From a virus (lineage: Duplodnaviria > Caudoviricetes): a DNA stretch of 64,000 nucleotides. The notes under the pieces were generated by a model. That model worked only from the letters and a program-made list of their open reading frames with translations, had not been told where the DNA came from and searched no databases. The stretch is taken from IMG/VR virus record IMGVR_UViG_3300031998_000027, positions 32,001 through 96,000 of that record. One strand, given 5' to 3'. Positions 1 through 9,104 of the stretch are shown piece after piece. The position numbers and the translations under genes are program-made. Position 1 is the stretch's first letter. Each line of letters begins with the position of its first letter.

Positions 1-1277
1 ACTCCACAATGGACAATATCAAGAGTAAAATTTTTGTTTTTTCTTTCTACTGCCGTAAGGGCAATAATTAGCTTGTTAACAACATCTTTATTACGATAAA
101 AACTACCACTTACATCAATAAAAAGGTTGAGATGCAGACTACCAAAGCGGTTATTTCCTCTTGCTTCAAGTTTTCTCTCAAAAAAGCGATAATCTTCATT
201 TCCACAATAACGAGGGTTAAGTATTCCACTATGTCCTGTCGTTCCGTTTCCACTACTGTTCTTTTTATTAAAGATACTTATTATATTCATAAGTCTTTCA
301 GTAAGAGAATTATCTATAAAACCGCCAAAAGCATTTGAGAAAATTCTGTCGCCAAGTCCATTTTTGCCACTTTCTCCGTTTTCTTCTTCTTCTCCGTCTT
401 TCGCATTTTTATTATCTTGGTGTTCGTTATTTACATTATCTTCGCCATTTTCACCACTTTCATTATTTTCGCCGTTCTCGCCATTTTCGCCATTTTGAGG
501 AAGATTAGCTTTTTCACCATTTACATTTTCACTAATTTTTTCCTCACCTTTTGTGCTTTTGGAAGCATCAATATTTTCCTTATCTTCTTTTGTTACTCCA
601 TTTTCGTCACTAAAAGTCTGTATCGGAGAAATTCCGTTTTTATCAAAATCTTTACAATCTTTATCATCTTCAAAATTTTGCGAAGCATAGTCAGAGGGAT
701 TTTTGGAAAAATCTTCTAAAACTTTTTTCCAGAGTTTTTCAACATCATTATGATAGTATCTTACTGCCCAATCAATGTAATTATTCTTTGCAGATATAAA
801 AGCATAATTTTTTATAATTTTCTCTACTGCTCTTACAAGAGGTTTTCTACCTATACGATGACGGCAAAGGACAAAAAACGCTTGTTCGGGGCTTGTAATA
901 GGCTCGCCATTATAAGGACTAATTGCATTAAGCAGACCATTAAAGTCTGTATTCATATAATAGCCTTTTAACAGAGTTTCTATTCTTTCATCTTCAAAAA
1001 TATTAAGCCATTTTTCCATCTCTATAAGAGGAGTAAGGACAGCATGTGAAACTTCGTGATAAAGGACGGAGCGAATAGCTACTTCCTTATCAATTTCATT
1101 TGCGCTTGACAGAGCATCTACAATATTCTTGTAGGCAAAGGTTATCTTATCTTCAAGTGGATTATACCGACTTGTTTCTGCTTCATTATCAAAGCATACG
1201 GCAATTTTTCTTTTTGCATAATACCCTATGGGTAGAGTTTCTGCAATCTCTTTAATCTCTGCAAAACTAATTTCCAT
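1..1277 (-). CDS. HEXXH metallopeptidase-like + VWA domain protein (CobT-like MoxR partner); 3' end runs off the window
   Basis: Not in the ORF track. Manual translation from ATG 1277 (MEISFAEIKE...) gives YHEVSH...NIFEDERIE, an acidic GEN-repeat linker and an in-frame MIDAS motif FIDVSGS near 119-102. RBS AAAGGA upstream; adjacent to a MoxR ATPase. Confidence 0.8.
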   Translation of the reverse strand, partial: MEISFAEIKEIAETLPIGYYAKRKIAVCFDNEAETSRYNPLEDKITFAYKNIVDALSSANEIDKEVAIRSVLYHEVSHAVLTPLIEMEKWLNIFEDERIETLLKGYYMNTDFNGLLNAISPYNGEPITSPEQAFFVLCRHRIGRKPLVRAVEKIIKNYAFISAKNNYIDWAVRYYHNDVEKLWKKVLEDFSKNPSDYASQNFEDDKDCKDFDKNGISPIQTFSDENGVTKEDKENIDASKSTKGEEKISENVNGEKANLPQNGENGENGENNESGENGEDNVNNEHQDNKNAKDGEEEENGESGKNGLGDRIFSNAFGGFIDNSLTERLMNIISIFNKKNSSGNGTTGHSGILNPRYCGNEDYRFFERKLEARGNNRFGSLHLNLFIDVSGSFYRNKDVVNKLIIALTAVERKNKNFTLDIVHCG

Positions 1278-1430
1278 TTTCTTTTTCCTTTCTTTTTTTT
1301 GTTCTCTTGTCTTATTGACAAGTCAATTATAGCATACAAAAGTCAAATTGTCAATAGTATTTCAAAAATAGGAATTAGATGTGATACATCTAATTCATAA
1401 AAAGAGAAAAGTGGGAATTTTTCCCACTTT

Positions 1431-2408
1431 TCAGACAAGAGCAGAGAAAAGGTCATCAGCAGACAGAGTAAACTTTTTAGTTACTGCACACCTATCGACA
1501 AGAGGTTCGGGCAGACCATAAGTCATTCCATTTACTGTCAAATTCATCGTGCCGATAATACTGAAATTTTCGCTTATCTCTATGACATTTCCCTTATAAG
1601 TGATAGCAGACTTATTATCCAAAAGACCTTGCAGAAAACGGAGTGTATCATAAGGAAGCAGATTTATCTCGTCCATAACGATTGTTCTTCCGTCCGTCAT
1701 AGCCCGCCAAAAGTCAGAGGGCTTGTAAGTTGCTTTTCCGTCCACAAAGACAAAATCTTCCATAAGGTCAGACGGAAGCATTGAGGAATTGCAGACAATA
1801 GGCTTGCTTCCACTTTCTGTCATAGCTATGGTGGTCTTGCCTGTACCCTGTGAACCGTAGTAAAGTCTAAATCTATGATTGACTACCTTTGTAGGCTCAA
1901 CAAGACTAATATCAAGGAGAATTTTTTCAAATTCCTTTGAAGTGATTTTAGCCTTTATCTCATTACAGTATGGACTATCAATCAATTCAAAGTAATTAGT
2001 TACATACTGCGTAGCAGACTGTCGGTTAATTTTAAGGTTAATAGCAAGTGTATTCACAAAACGGAAATTAGGCTCAAAATCAAATTCCTTGAAAAAGTCC
2101 ATAAGTCCTTTTATACCATTGATTGCCCTTTCCTTTTTCCTTTCATCAGTAAGAGTTTCTACAAGCTCTTCTTTCGTCATTCCAATCTCGGGATAAAAGA
2201 CCTTAGCGACATTTGGATAACGGCGAGAAAACATCTCCTCATCGTTTACAAAACTTGTTCTTGTTCTGTCTGCTTCATTTCTCATAGCACGATAAAAGTC
2301 ATCAAATTCTCTCTCGTGCGCTTTTACGGCAGAGGTTATCTCTACATTATTGAGATAATAAATTCCCTCTTTACTCTTGCGAAAATTAAAACTTGCGCTA
2401 ATAAACAT
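1431..2408 (-). CDS. MoxR/CobS-like AAA+ ATPase
   Basis: Walker A GSQGTGKT, Walker B VMDEIN, sensor IIGTMN, Arg finger LVDR; next to the VWA gene. Confidence 0.85.
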   Translation of the reverse strand: MFISASFNFRKSKEGIYYLNNVEITSAVKAHEREFDDFYRAMRNEADRTRTSFVNDEEMFSRRYPNVAKVFYPEIGMTKEELVETLTDERKKERAINGIKGLMDFFKEFDFEPNFRFVNTLAINLKINRQSATQYVTNYFELIDSPYCNEIKAKITSKEFEKILLDISLVEPTKVVNHRFRLYYGSQGTGKTTIAMTESGSKPIVCNSSMLPSDLMEDFVFVDGKATYKPSDFWRAMTDGRTIVMDEINLLPYDTLRFLQGLLDNKSAITYKGNVIEISENFSIIGTMNLTVNGMTYGLPEPLVDRCAVTKKFTLSADDLFSALV

Positions 2409-2584
2409 TTTTTTCTTCCTTTCTTTTTTTCTTTTTTTTTGTTCTCTTGTCTTATTGACAAGTCTATTATAACATATTTTGCGAAAAAGTCAATAGTTTT
2501 TGCAAAATAGAATTAGATGTAATACATCTAATTAGGAAGAAGGCGCGAGTTGGATAAAAATTCCAATTCGCGCCGTGTGATTTT

Positions 2585-3055
2585 TTAGAAAATCTTTTGA
2601 CATTCACTCGCAAAATATTTTGCGTTAAACTGATTACAAATTTCAGTTACTTTTCTTGTATCACTTTGTGTAGCACAATAAAAATTGAAAAGTGTATGTT
2701 TATCGCTAATTCTTATATAGCTATGCGGAATATCATCAAGAACATTATCAATCTTTTCTGTAAATTCAGTAGGAACAGTCACTTCCACTTTCCACATCTT
2801 GTCCTTTTTCATCTTTTCCTCTATCAGCTTTACGATGAAAACACCGATAACATTACAGACAAAAGTTATAACGCATTTCTGCCACATAGGAAAGTCCATA
2901 ACAGTATAGACAAGGACAATGTTATAAAACGCAAAGTAAGCACCGCTTATTAGGCTTGCAAGCGTTTTACCACTTTTTATAGTAGTGATTGAACGGACAG
3001 TAGAAAAGATAACATTGACAATGGAGAGAACGACAAACACAATAATAAATTTCAT
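2585..3055 (-). CDS. Membrane protein, DUF5698/UPF0316-like
   Basis: Three N-terminal hydrophobic helices with STVRSITTIKSGK, soluble C-terminus; RBS and own promoter. Confidence 0.55.
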   Translation of the reverse strand: MKFIIVFVVLSIVNVIFSTVRSITTIKSGKTLASLISGAYFAFYNIVLVYTVMDFPMWQKCVITFVCNVIGVFIVKLIEEKMKKDKMWKVEVTVPTEFTEKIDNVLDDIPHSYIRISDKHTLFNFYCATQSDTRKVTEICNQFNAKYFASECQKIF

Positions 3056-3163
3056 TTTGATTTTCCTTTCTTTTTCTTTTTGTATACTAATTATAACAAA
3101 ATTTTAGGCAAAAGTCAAGATGGATAATTAGATGTGGTACATCTAATTAAAAAAACGGGGAAA

Positions 3164-3505
3164 TTACTCCCCGTTTTCCTTCTTCTTCCTCTTTGCGCTA
3201 TCTTTTTCTATCTTTTTTGCCTTTTCGGCTTCCGCTTTTGCCTTTTTTTCTGCCTTTTCCTTAACCTTTATTTTATAACTTTCCGCTACTCCATATCCGT
3301 CAAATCCGTCCTCATCTCTTGCGCCAGAGGGTACTTTTATGACAATCTGTATCCATTTGTCATTTCCCTCACTATCAACACAAGGAAAAGCACATTCATT
3401 TGAATTGGTCTGCATTACATCTTCGCCCTTTTCGGCATAGAACTCCATTATAGTCTGTAAGACCTTTTCACGAAGTTCATTATCCAAAACTCTATTATTT
3501 GCCAT
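3164..3505 (-). CDS. Hypothetical protein with lysine-rich C-terminal tail
   Basis: Start adjusted to ATG 3505 (MANNRV) after RBS AAGGAA, downstream of the promoter. Confidence 0.75.
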   Translation of the reverse strand: MANNRVLDNELREKVLQTIMEFYAEKGEDVMQTNSNECAFPCVDSEGNDKWIQIVIKVPSGARDEDGFDGYGVAESYKIKVKEKAEKKAKAEAEKAKKIEKDSAKRKKKENGE

Positions 3506-3631
3506 ATAAAATTCCTTCTTTCTCTTATTTTCTATAAAAATTATATCACAAATTTGCGAAAAAGTCAAATTTTTAATTAGATGTTGTACATCTAATTAGG
3601 GTGAGAGGGGAGATTTCTCTCCCCATTCTCA

Positions 3632-4006
3632 TCAGTCAATCCAATAGACCTTGCGAGTACCAACCTTGGGTATCTTCACATCGGCGCTATTGACTACGCC
3701 CTCGCCAACAAGCTGACGAGCGAGAGAGCCAGCCTTGTTGTGCGACTGTCCAATGCCCGCGCCAAGCTCAACCTCGGTGAACTTCTTGCCCTTGTTGTCA
3801 TTGAGATAGCCAATCAGAGCGGTCTTAATGGGAGCATTAGCTTCCGCCGTCTTGCTCGGCTTCTCAGCGCGCTTCGCCTTGCGCTTCTCAATGAGCGCAA
3901 GCTGACCCCTTGCCCAATCACGAGTATCCTCGGGCAGAGTGCTATTAGCGATAAGGGTGAGATGCTCAATCGTAGTCTTCTTCGGGGCGGTCTCGGTCAT
4001 ATCCAT
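3632..4006 (-). CDS. Winged helix-turn-helix DNA-binding protein
   Basis: C-terminal pattern ALIGYL...FTEVELGAGIGQSHNKAGSLARQLVGEGVV...KVYW; start adjusted to ATG 4006 after GAAAGGA. Confidence 0.65.
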   Translation of the reverse strand: MDMTETAPKKTTIEHLTLIANSTLPEDTRDWARGQLALIEKRKAKRAEKPSKTAEANAPIKTALIGYLNDNKGKKFTEVELGAGIGQSHNKAGSLARQLVGEGVVNSADVKIPKVGTRKVYWID

Positions 4007-4280
4007 AGTGGTCTTTCCTTTCTGCACTTTTAGTGCGCTTGCGTTTGGTCGCAACCCTTTTTTTTGAGGTTCCTGTCCTCTTTTACAAGGTTATTATATC
4101 ACAAAAGCTTTTGTTTGTCAATAGTTTTTTGAAACTTTTTTTGAAAATGTCTGTAGCCACATTTTCGGTTTTTAGTTTCTTTTCCCTCTTGACATTTATA
4201 ATTATATCACAAAATCCCAAAAAGTCAATAGGGTAGAATTAGATGTAATACATCTAATTAAAATTGAGGACAAAAAGTCC

Positions 4281-4433
4281 TCAAGAAAATGTGTTGAAAT
4301 AGACAAAGGTAAATACAGTGAGTACTGTAATAGCTGTTCCCATAAGAAAGCGGCCAAGCCGCTCATTTAATACCATTTGTCCAATTACATTAAGAATAAG
4401 GGTGATAAGATAAAGAACAAAAGTCCATTTCAT
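4281..4433 (-). CDS. Small membrane protein (2 TM)
   Basis: ATG 4433 with RBS AAAGGAG; hydrophobic. Confidence 0.6.
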   Translation of the reverse strand: MKWTFVLYLITLILNVIGQMVLNERLGRFLMGTAITVLTVFTFVYFNTFS

Positions 4434-4447
4434 TTTTATAGCTCCTT

Positions 4448-4633
4448 TCAAATAATACCCATACAAAAAAGGGTTATAAGACAATCCACTGCGACAACGC
4501 CAAATAGCGAGACAAAGCCGATGAGGGCTTCTTTTATTCCACAGTTTATAAACAAATCAATAAAAATCCAGATTAGTGCGACTATACCCGTGGCTATTAG
4601 AATGGATACCGCGATAATTGCTTTAATTTCCAT
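4448..4633 (-). CDS. Small membrane protein (2 TM)
   Basis: RBS AAAGGAG, promoter, hydrophobic 61 aa. Confidence 0.65.
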   Translation of the reverse strand: MEIKAIIAVSILIATGIVALIWIFIDLFINCGIKEALIGFVSLFGVVAVDCLITLFCMGII

Positions 4634-4747
4634 TTTTTGAATTTTCTCCTTTTCTTTTTCTTTTTGTAATTTTATTATACTACATTTTCCAAAAAAGTCA
4701 AGAAGATTAATTAGATGTAATACATCTAATTAGAAAAAAAAGCAGGA

Positions 4748-5041
4748 TTACTCCTGCTCTTTTTCTCTTTCCTTATAGAAGTGAATGATGGTATCCGCCA
4801 TATCATCAGCGATCATACAGGTAACCTTTCCATTATCCCAAGGGAAGCCCATTGACTCAACGAAGCCCTCGAGATGACCATAGTTATCACTATGACAGAT
4901 AACATCAGCGTTCTCAGCCCATTCAAAAACAAGCTGCGCGCCGTCATAGAGACGACGAAACTTAAAGGGAATATCATTCACGAGAAGTCTAACCCCTATA
5001 TGTTCAATGGTAGCGAGGTGAATAGCAACGGCTTTTGTCAT
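4748..5041 (-). CDS. Hypothetical protein
   Basis: ORF with RBS AAAGGAG. Confidence 0.7.
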   Translation of the reverse strand: MTKAVAIHLATIEHIGVRLLVNDIPFKFRRLYDGAQLVFEWAENADVICHSDNYGHLEGFVESMGFPWDNGKVTCMIADDMADTIIHFYKEREKEQE

Positions 5042-5059
5042 TTTTTTTGAAAACTCCTT

Positions 5060-5263
5060 TTATTCTATTACTATAGTAGCGTTAATAACTACTACCTTAT
5101 CATTATTACTAAAATCATACCAAAATCCACTTTCCAAATTGATAGCTGCTCCTGAATTATTAATTTCATCAGTTTTCATAAAAGCTTCATCTTCATACCT
5201 AAAAATCGTTCCCTCTGTAATTTCGCCAAAACTAACCACATTTTTGTCAATAATTCTTGCCAT
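5060..5263 (-). CDS. Hypothetical protein (paralog of 6932-7153)
   Basis: RBS and promoter; shared G-x-x-F-x-Y-[ED]-[DE]-x-x-[FY]-M-x-T...SG...V-x-x-[IV]-N-A pattern. Confidence 0.75.
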   Translation of the reverse strand: MARIIDKNVVSFGEITEGTIFRYEDEAFMKTDEINNSGAAINLESGFWYDFSNNDKVVVINATIVIE

Positions 5264-5387
5264 TTTCTGAAATCTCCTTTTCTTTTTTTTATTTTGTACC
5301 TTTATTATAGCAAAAATTTTGAAAAAGTCAATAGGGTGATTTAGATGTAGTACATCTAACTAAAAAAAGGGAGAAAATCTCCCTTTC

Positions 5388-5591
5388 TTAGTACTCATCA
5401 AAGCCGCTGGCTTCAGCTTCCTCTTCGGTCAGCTTTCCCCCATAAAGGAGTTTGGGCGTTTCGCCCTCTTCGAGATAGAACTCAAGCTCGACAGCAAGCT
5501 TATCGACTATTGTCACTGCCTCACTAAGATAGTTCGCGCCGACAATGAACTGCTTACCGCTATTAAATTCTTCAAACAGATAGTACTTCAT
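5388..5591 (-). CDS. Hypothetical acidic protein (paralog of 9105-9302)
   Basis: Start ATG 5591 (MKYYLFEE); shares LFEE...G..F.[IV]GA and EAE.SG.D.Y. Confidence 0.75.
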   Translation of the reverse strand: MKYYLFEEFNSGKQFIVGANYLSEAVTIVDKLAVELEFYLEEGETPKLLYGGKLTEEEAEASGFDEY

Positions 5592-5709
5592 TTTGAAAGT
5601 CTCCTTTTCTCTCATCTTTGTACCTTTATTATAGCAAAAATTTTGAAAAAGTCAATAGGGAAAGTTAGATGTGATACATCTAATTACTCCCCTTTCGGGG
5701 ATTATTGTT

Positions 5710-5946
5710 TTAGCTTTTAATTTCTATAGTTACAATCGCTACCTGTAGAAGATGGATATTACCGACTTTAGGCCAATCATCATTCACTTTAACGCAATAA
5801 CCGCCGCGTTTCCCTTGTGTTATAGTCCATTTCTCATTACAGGTATATTCTTTATAATATCTATTGCGGATGATGTTTTTTGCCTTTTCAAAAGCTTCAT
5901 CTAAATTTAGAAAATAATGTTTTCTATTTACTAAGTATGCTCTCAT
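5710..5946 (-). CDS. Hypothetical protein
   Basis: ATG 5946 after AAGGGAG; own TTGACA-17-TATACT promoter (about 5999-5971) with no palindrome. Confidence 0.65.
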   Translation of the reverse strand: MRAYLVNRKHYFLNLDEAFEKAKNIIRNRYYKEYTCNEKWTITQGKRGGYCVKVNDDWPKVGNIHLLQVAIVTIEIKS

Positions 5947-6045
5947 GTTTCTCCCTTGCTTTCTGAATACAGTATAGCACACTTGCGGCTATTTGTCAAT
6001 ACCTTTTTCAAAATTTTTTTGCCCGGGCGAAAGCTGACCGCAAGG

Positions 6046-6342
6046 TCAGCAATCATCGGTATAGCACCCCATGTAAGGGTCAAAACCGCAATCCTCGTTA
6101 TAACCCCAATCTTCAAAATCGTTCTCAGGTTCACGCTCAATGGTGGCAACGACCTCGCCAGTATCCCAATCGCAGATGATGCCAAGCATAATGCGAGAGT
6201 TCTGCTCCATCTTGTATTCAATGAAGTCAGCACACTCACGCAGGTCATGCGGCATAGACTCGTTGCGGTAATCAATTACCTCATTGTTGGTATAGGCGAG
6301 GGAGCAATAGAAATGTCCGTAGTTCTCAAACTTGATAATCAT
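6046..6342 (-). CDS. Hypothetical acidic protein
   Basis: RBS AAAGGAG, promoter; C-terminus GFDPYMGCYTDDC. Confidence 0.75.
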   Translation of the reverse strand: MIIKFENYGHFYCSLAYTNNEVIDYRNESMPHDLRECADFIEYKMEQNSRIMLGIICDWDTGEVVATIEREPENDFEDWGYNEDCGFDPYMGCYTDDC

Positions 6343-6517
6343 TTTGTGATTTTCTCCTTTTCTTTCATCTCTGTACCTTTATTATAACACAATTTTTCAA
6401 AAAGGTCAAGTCTTAAAATTAGATGTGTTAAATTAGATGTGATACATCTAATTACTCCCCTTTCGAGGAGAAATTAGTTTTTATAATCGCATCAACAACC
6501 AGGCTGTGCGAGGGTAA

Positions 6518-6751
6518 TTACCCTCGCTTGAAGTCTACATTGACATTAGAAGTAAATATCATTCTCAGTAGAGTAATAATCAGCGTAAGCAGAAGTACAA
6601 GCTTCCAACTGAAAGCGACAGTCCAAGTGCCGATAGCGACTACACCAAACATAGGAAGCAGAGCGCAAATCCCCCAAACAACTCCTGCAAAGCAGAGAAA
6701 AGACAGCGCACAACCTACAATCAGAGCAGTAATCCAAGACAGAATTTTCAT
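6518..6751 (-). CDS. Small membrane protein
   Basis: RBS, hydrophobic. Confidence 0.7.
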   Translation of the reverse strand: MKILSWITALIVGCALSFLCFAGVVWGICALLPMFGVVAIGTWTVAFSWKLVLLLTLIITLLRMIFTSNVNVDFKRG

Positions 6752-6931
6752 TTTTTTTATCTCCTTTTCTTTTTTGTGATTTTATTTATTTTTTATCTCA
6801 TTTACAAGTATATTATAACACAATTTTCAGAAAAATCAAGTCTTAAAATTAGATGTGTTAAATTAGATGTGATACATCTAATTATAGAGGAATAGGGTGC
6901 GGTCGTCGCGCACCCTCTCCTCTTACTCCTT

Positions 6932-7153
6932 TTAGGTGAGGACCAGCTCGGCATTAACGGGCTGAACAAGCTCGTCAAGCTCTATGTGGTACAGCTCGCC
7001 ACTCGCAAAAAAGAGGGCGTTGCAGGCATCTCCGAAGCGGTCCTCTACGACCTCGGTTGCCATATAGACATCCTCGTCATAGATGAAAACATCGCCGACG
7101 AGCAGAGTACTGAGGGGGACCAGAGCAGTAGAAGTGTTGTTAGTGATAATCAT
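6932..7153 (-). CDS. Hypothetical protein (paralog of 5060-5263)
   Basis: Start adjusted to ATG 7153 after AAAGGAG. Confidence 0.75.
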   Translation of the reverse strand: MIITNNTSTALVPLSTLLVGDVFIYDEDVYMATEVVEDRFGDACNALFFASGELYHIELDELVQPVNAELVLT

Positions 7154-7291
7154 TTGTTTTTTCTCCTTTTCTTTTTTTGTGATTTTGTTTGTTCTCTGTC
7201 TCATTGACAAGTCTATTATAACACATTTTTCAGAAAAGTCAATAGAGTGAATTAGATGTAATACATCTAATTATTCCCCTTTCGGGGAAAA

Positions 7292-7480
7292 TTACTCAAT
7301 CTCGAGATATTCGTAGTTGAGCAGGTCACACAGCGCGCTATCAACCGCATTGGCAAGGTTTTCCAGCTCACCATGTATAGAGGAGTGGTCATAGATGCGG
7401 TTTATAAAAGCAAAAACCTCTTCCAAAAACGCGCGGTCTTCCTGAGTGAGAATAAGGGTTTCGGTTGTTTTGATAGTCAT
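7292..7480 (-). CDS. Hypothetical protein
   Basis: RBS, promoter, downstream hairpin. Confidence 0.7.
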   Translation of the reverse strand: MTIKTTETLILTQEDRAFLEEVFAFINRIYDHSSIHGELENLANAVDSALCDLLNYEYLEIE

Positions 7481-7588
7481 TTTAATTTTCTCCTTTTCTT
7501 TTGTTTTTGTACCTTGATTATACTACTTATTGCATAAGTTGTCAATATGGTAAATTAGATGTAATACATCTAATTATGGAGAGAGCCT

Positions 7589-7882
7589 TTACAGGCTCTC
7601 TATCTCTCCAGTCTGAACATTAAAGCGATAGTCGTTGATGTAGCAGTCTTTCGCTTCGTAATAGCTGCCCCTCTCGCCGTTCGGATAGCTTACATACTCT
7701 TTCATAAACGCGCCGATGTGCTTGCGGGTAGTCTGACTATAAGTGCCAGTGCAAGTAAGCCAGCCGTCATGTGTCAGCTCGCACACAAGAGTGACATAGC
7801 TGTAAAGGTAAATATTGCCGTCCTCGTCAATTTCAACATGGGCCTGTGCATAGGGCATCGCGGAAAGTTTCTTGATAATCAT
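7589..7882 (-). CDS. Hypothetical phage protein (YSY.T.V...YSQTTRKH motif)
   Basis: RBS, promoter. Confidence 0.75.
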   Translation of the reverse strand: MIIKKLSAMPYAQAHVEIDEDGNIYLYSYVTLVCELTHDGWLTCTGTYSQTTRKHIGAFMKEYVSYPNGERGSYYEAKDCYINDYRFNVQTGEIESL

Positions 7883-7992
7883 TTGGGAAAATCTCCTTTT
7901 CTTTTGTTTTTGTACCTTTATTATAACAGAAATTTTCGGAAAGTCAATAGTCTGAATTAGATGTAATACATCTAATTAAAAAAAAGTAGAGA

Positions 7993-8232
7993 TTAAATCT
8001 CTACCTTTTTAATTATAAAGTGGTCATAAATCTCGCCCGTCTCGCGACTGACGAGAAGATATGTAAAACCATCTGTGACCGAAGTAGAGTAAAGAATTAC
8101 ATCAGCATCAGAATAGTCTTCGCGCGAACGATAGACATAGTCGCAAGCTTCGTTTAGGCTTCTGTAGGGAATCGGCGAGACATAAAGTTCGTCCTCGACG
8201 GGAGTGCGCGAAATTACGATGTAGCAAGTCAT
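7993..8232 (-). CDS. Hypothetical protein
   Basis: RBS, promoter, terminator overlapping the stop codon. Confidence 0.7.
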   Translation of the reverse strand: MTCYIVISRTPVEDELYVSPIPYRSLNEACDYVYRSREDYSDADVILYSTSVTDGFTYLLVSRETGEIYDHFIIKKVEI

Positions 8233-8344
8233 TAGAAAATCTCTCCTTTTCTTTATCTTTGTACCTTTATTATAACAGAAATTTTCGGAAAGTCAATAGT
8301 CTGAATTAGATGTAATACATCTAATTCGTGAAAAAAGGGGAAAA

Positions 8345-8485
8345 TTACTCTCCCCTTTCAAGTTCCCTTAATTCATCGTGAAGTTTGAACCACTTTCTCT
8401 CGTCTTCGTAGTCCCAAAAATCTTTCATATCAAGGTCAAAGATTTTTTCTTTGAGTTCCTTTATTCTCTTTTCTTTTTCACTCAT
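8345..8485 (-). CDS. Small charged protein, 46 aa (MSEKEKRIKELKEKIFDLDMKDFWDYEDERKWFKLHDELRELERGE)
   Basis: Not in the ORF track; manual translation; RBS AAAGGAG. Confidence 0.65.
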   Translation of the reverse strand: MSEKEKRIKELKEKIFDLDMKDFWDYEDERKWFKLHDELRELERGE

Positions 8486-8499
8486 TGTAATAGCTCCTT

Positions 8500-8664
8500 T
8501 TAGAGTGCGTTGAAAATAATGCCGATGCAGACGACACCCAGCATGCCGACAGCGATGGCAATATAAACCACAGCGGACAGCGGATTGACATACACAGCAA
8601 GCGCAAGTATAATGGCGATGACGGCGAAGATGATGAGAAAAATATCGAAAATTGTCTTTTTCAT
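8500..8664 (-). CDS. Small membrane protein (2 TM)
   Basis: Start adjusted to ATG 8664 after AAGGGAG. Confidence 0.65.
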   Translation of the reverse strand: MKKTIFDIFLIIFAVIAIILALAVYVNPLSAVVYIAIAVGMLGVVCIGIIFNAL

Positions 8665-8768
8665 TTTTGGAACTATCTCCCTTTTCTTTATCTTTTGTAC
8701 CTTTATTATAACAAAAATTTTTGGAAAAGTCAAGAGATAGAATTAGATGTACTACATCTAACTTAATT

Positions 8769-9010
8769 TTCTATAAATAAGGCAAATTACTCCGAGTGAC
8801 TTTTCATCCCCATCCCAAGGGCATTACCACAAGGGCTTAGCTACTGAGTGTCTTTCTTTTTGCCTTATTTATAGAATTGAAAAGGGATTTTGTCAAGGGG
8901 ATTTCAAATTTCTTTGAATTTTTTGAGCAACACCACAAGCCTGCGCATGGCTTCTCTTGCGGTCTCTTTTCTCCGTTTGGGACTTTACGTTTATCTTTCT
9001 CCCCTTGACA
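8769..9010 (-). ncRNA. Putative structured non-coding RNA cassette (two stem-closed units)
   Basis: Promoter-headed cassette with no ORF; 11-bp IR 8891-8901/9000-9010 and 18-bp IR 8769-8786/8859-8876; internal second promoter TTGACA-17-TATAAA. Confidence 0.45.
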
Positions 9011-9104
9011 CTTATATAATACTACTTATTTTATCTTTTGTCAATATCTTAAATTAGATGTAATACATCTAATTATGGAAAATGGGGAAAAATTCCCCAT
9101 CTTC

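Noticed and set aside
132-971. Plus-strand ORFs 132-338, 417-719, 750-971, and similar antisense ORFs across the window
   Set aside because: These are shadows of real genes on the opposite strand (here the VWA gene); they lack an RBS and have implausible composition.
8769-9010. tRNA, hammerhead ribozyme or known riboswitch
   Set aside because: I could not find a cloverleaf/TTCRA loop, the CUGANGA-GAAA core, or a recognisable riboswitch consensus.
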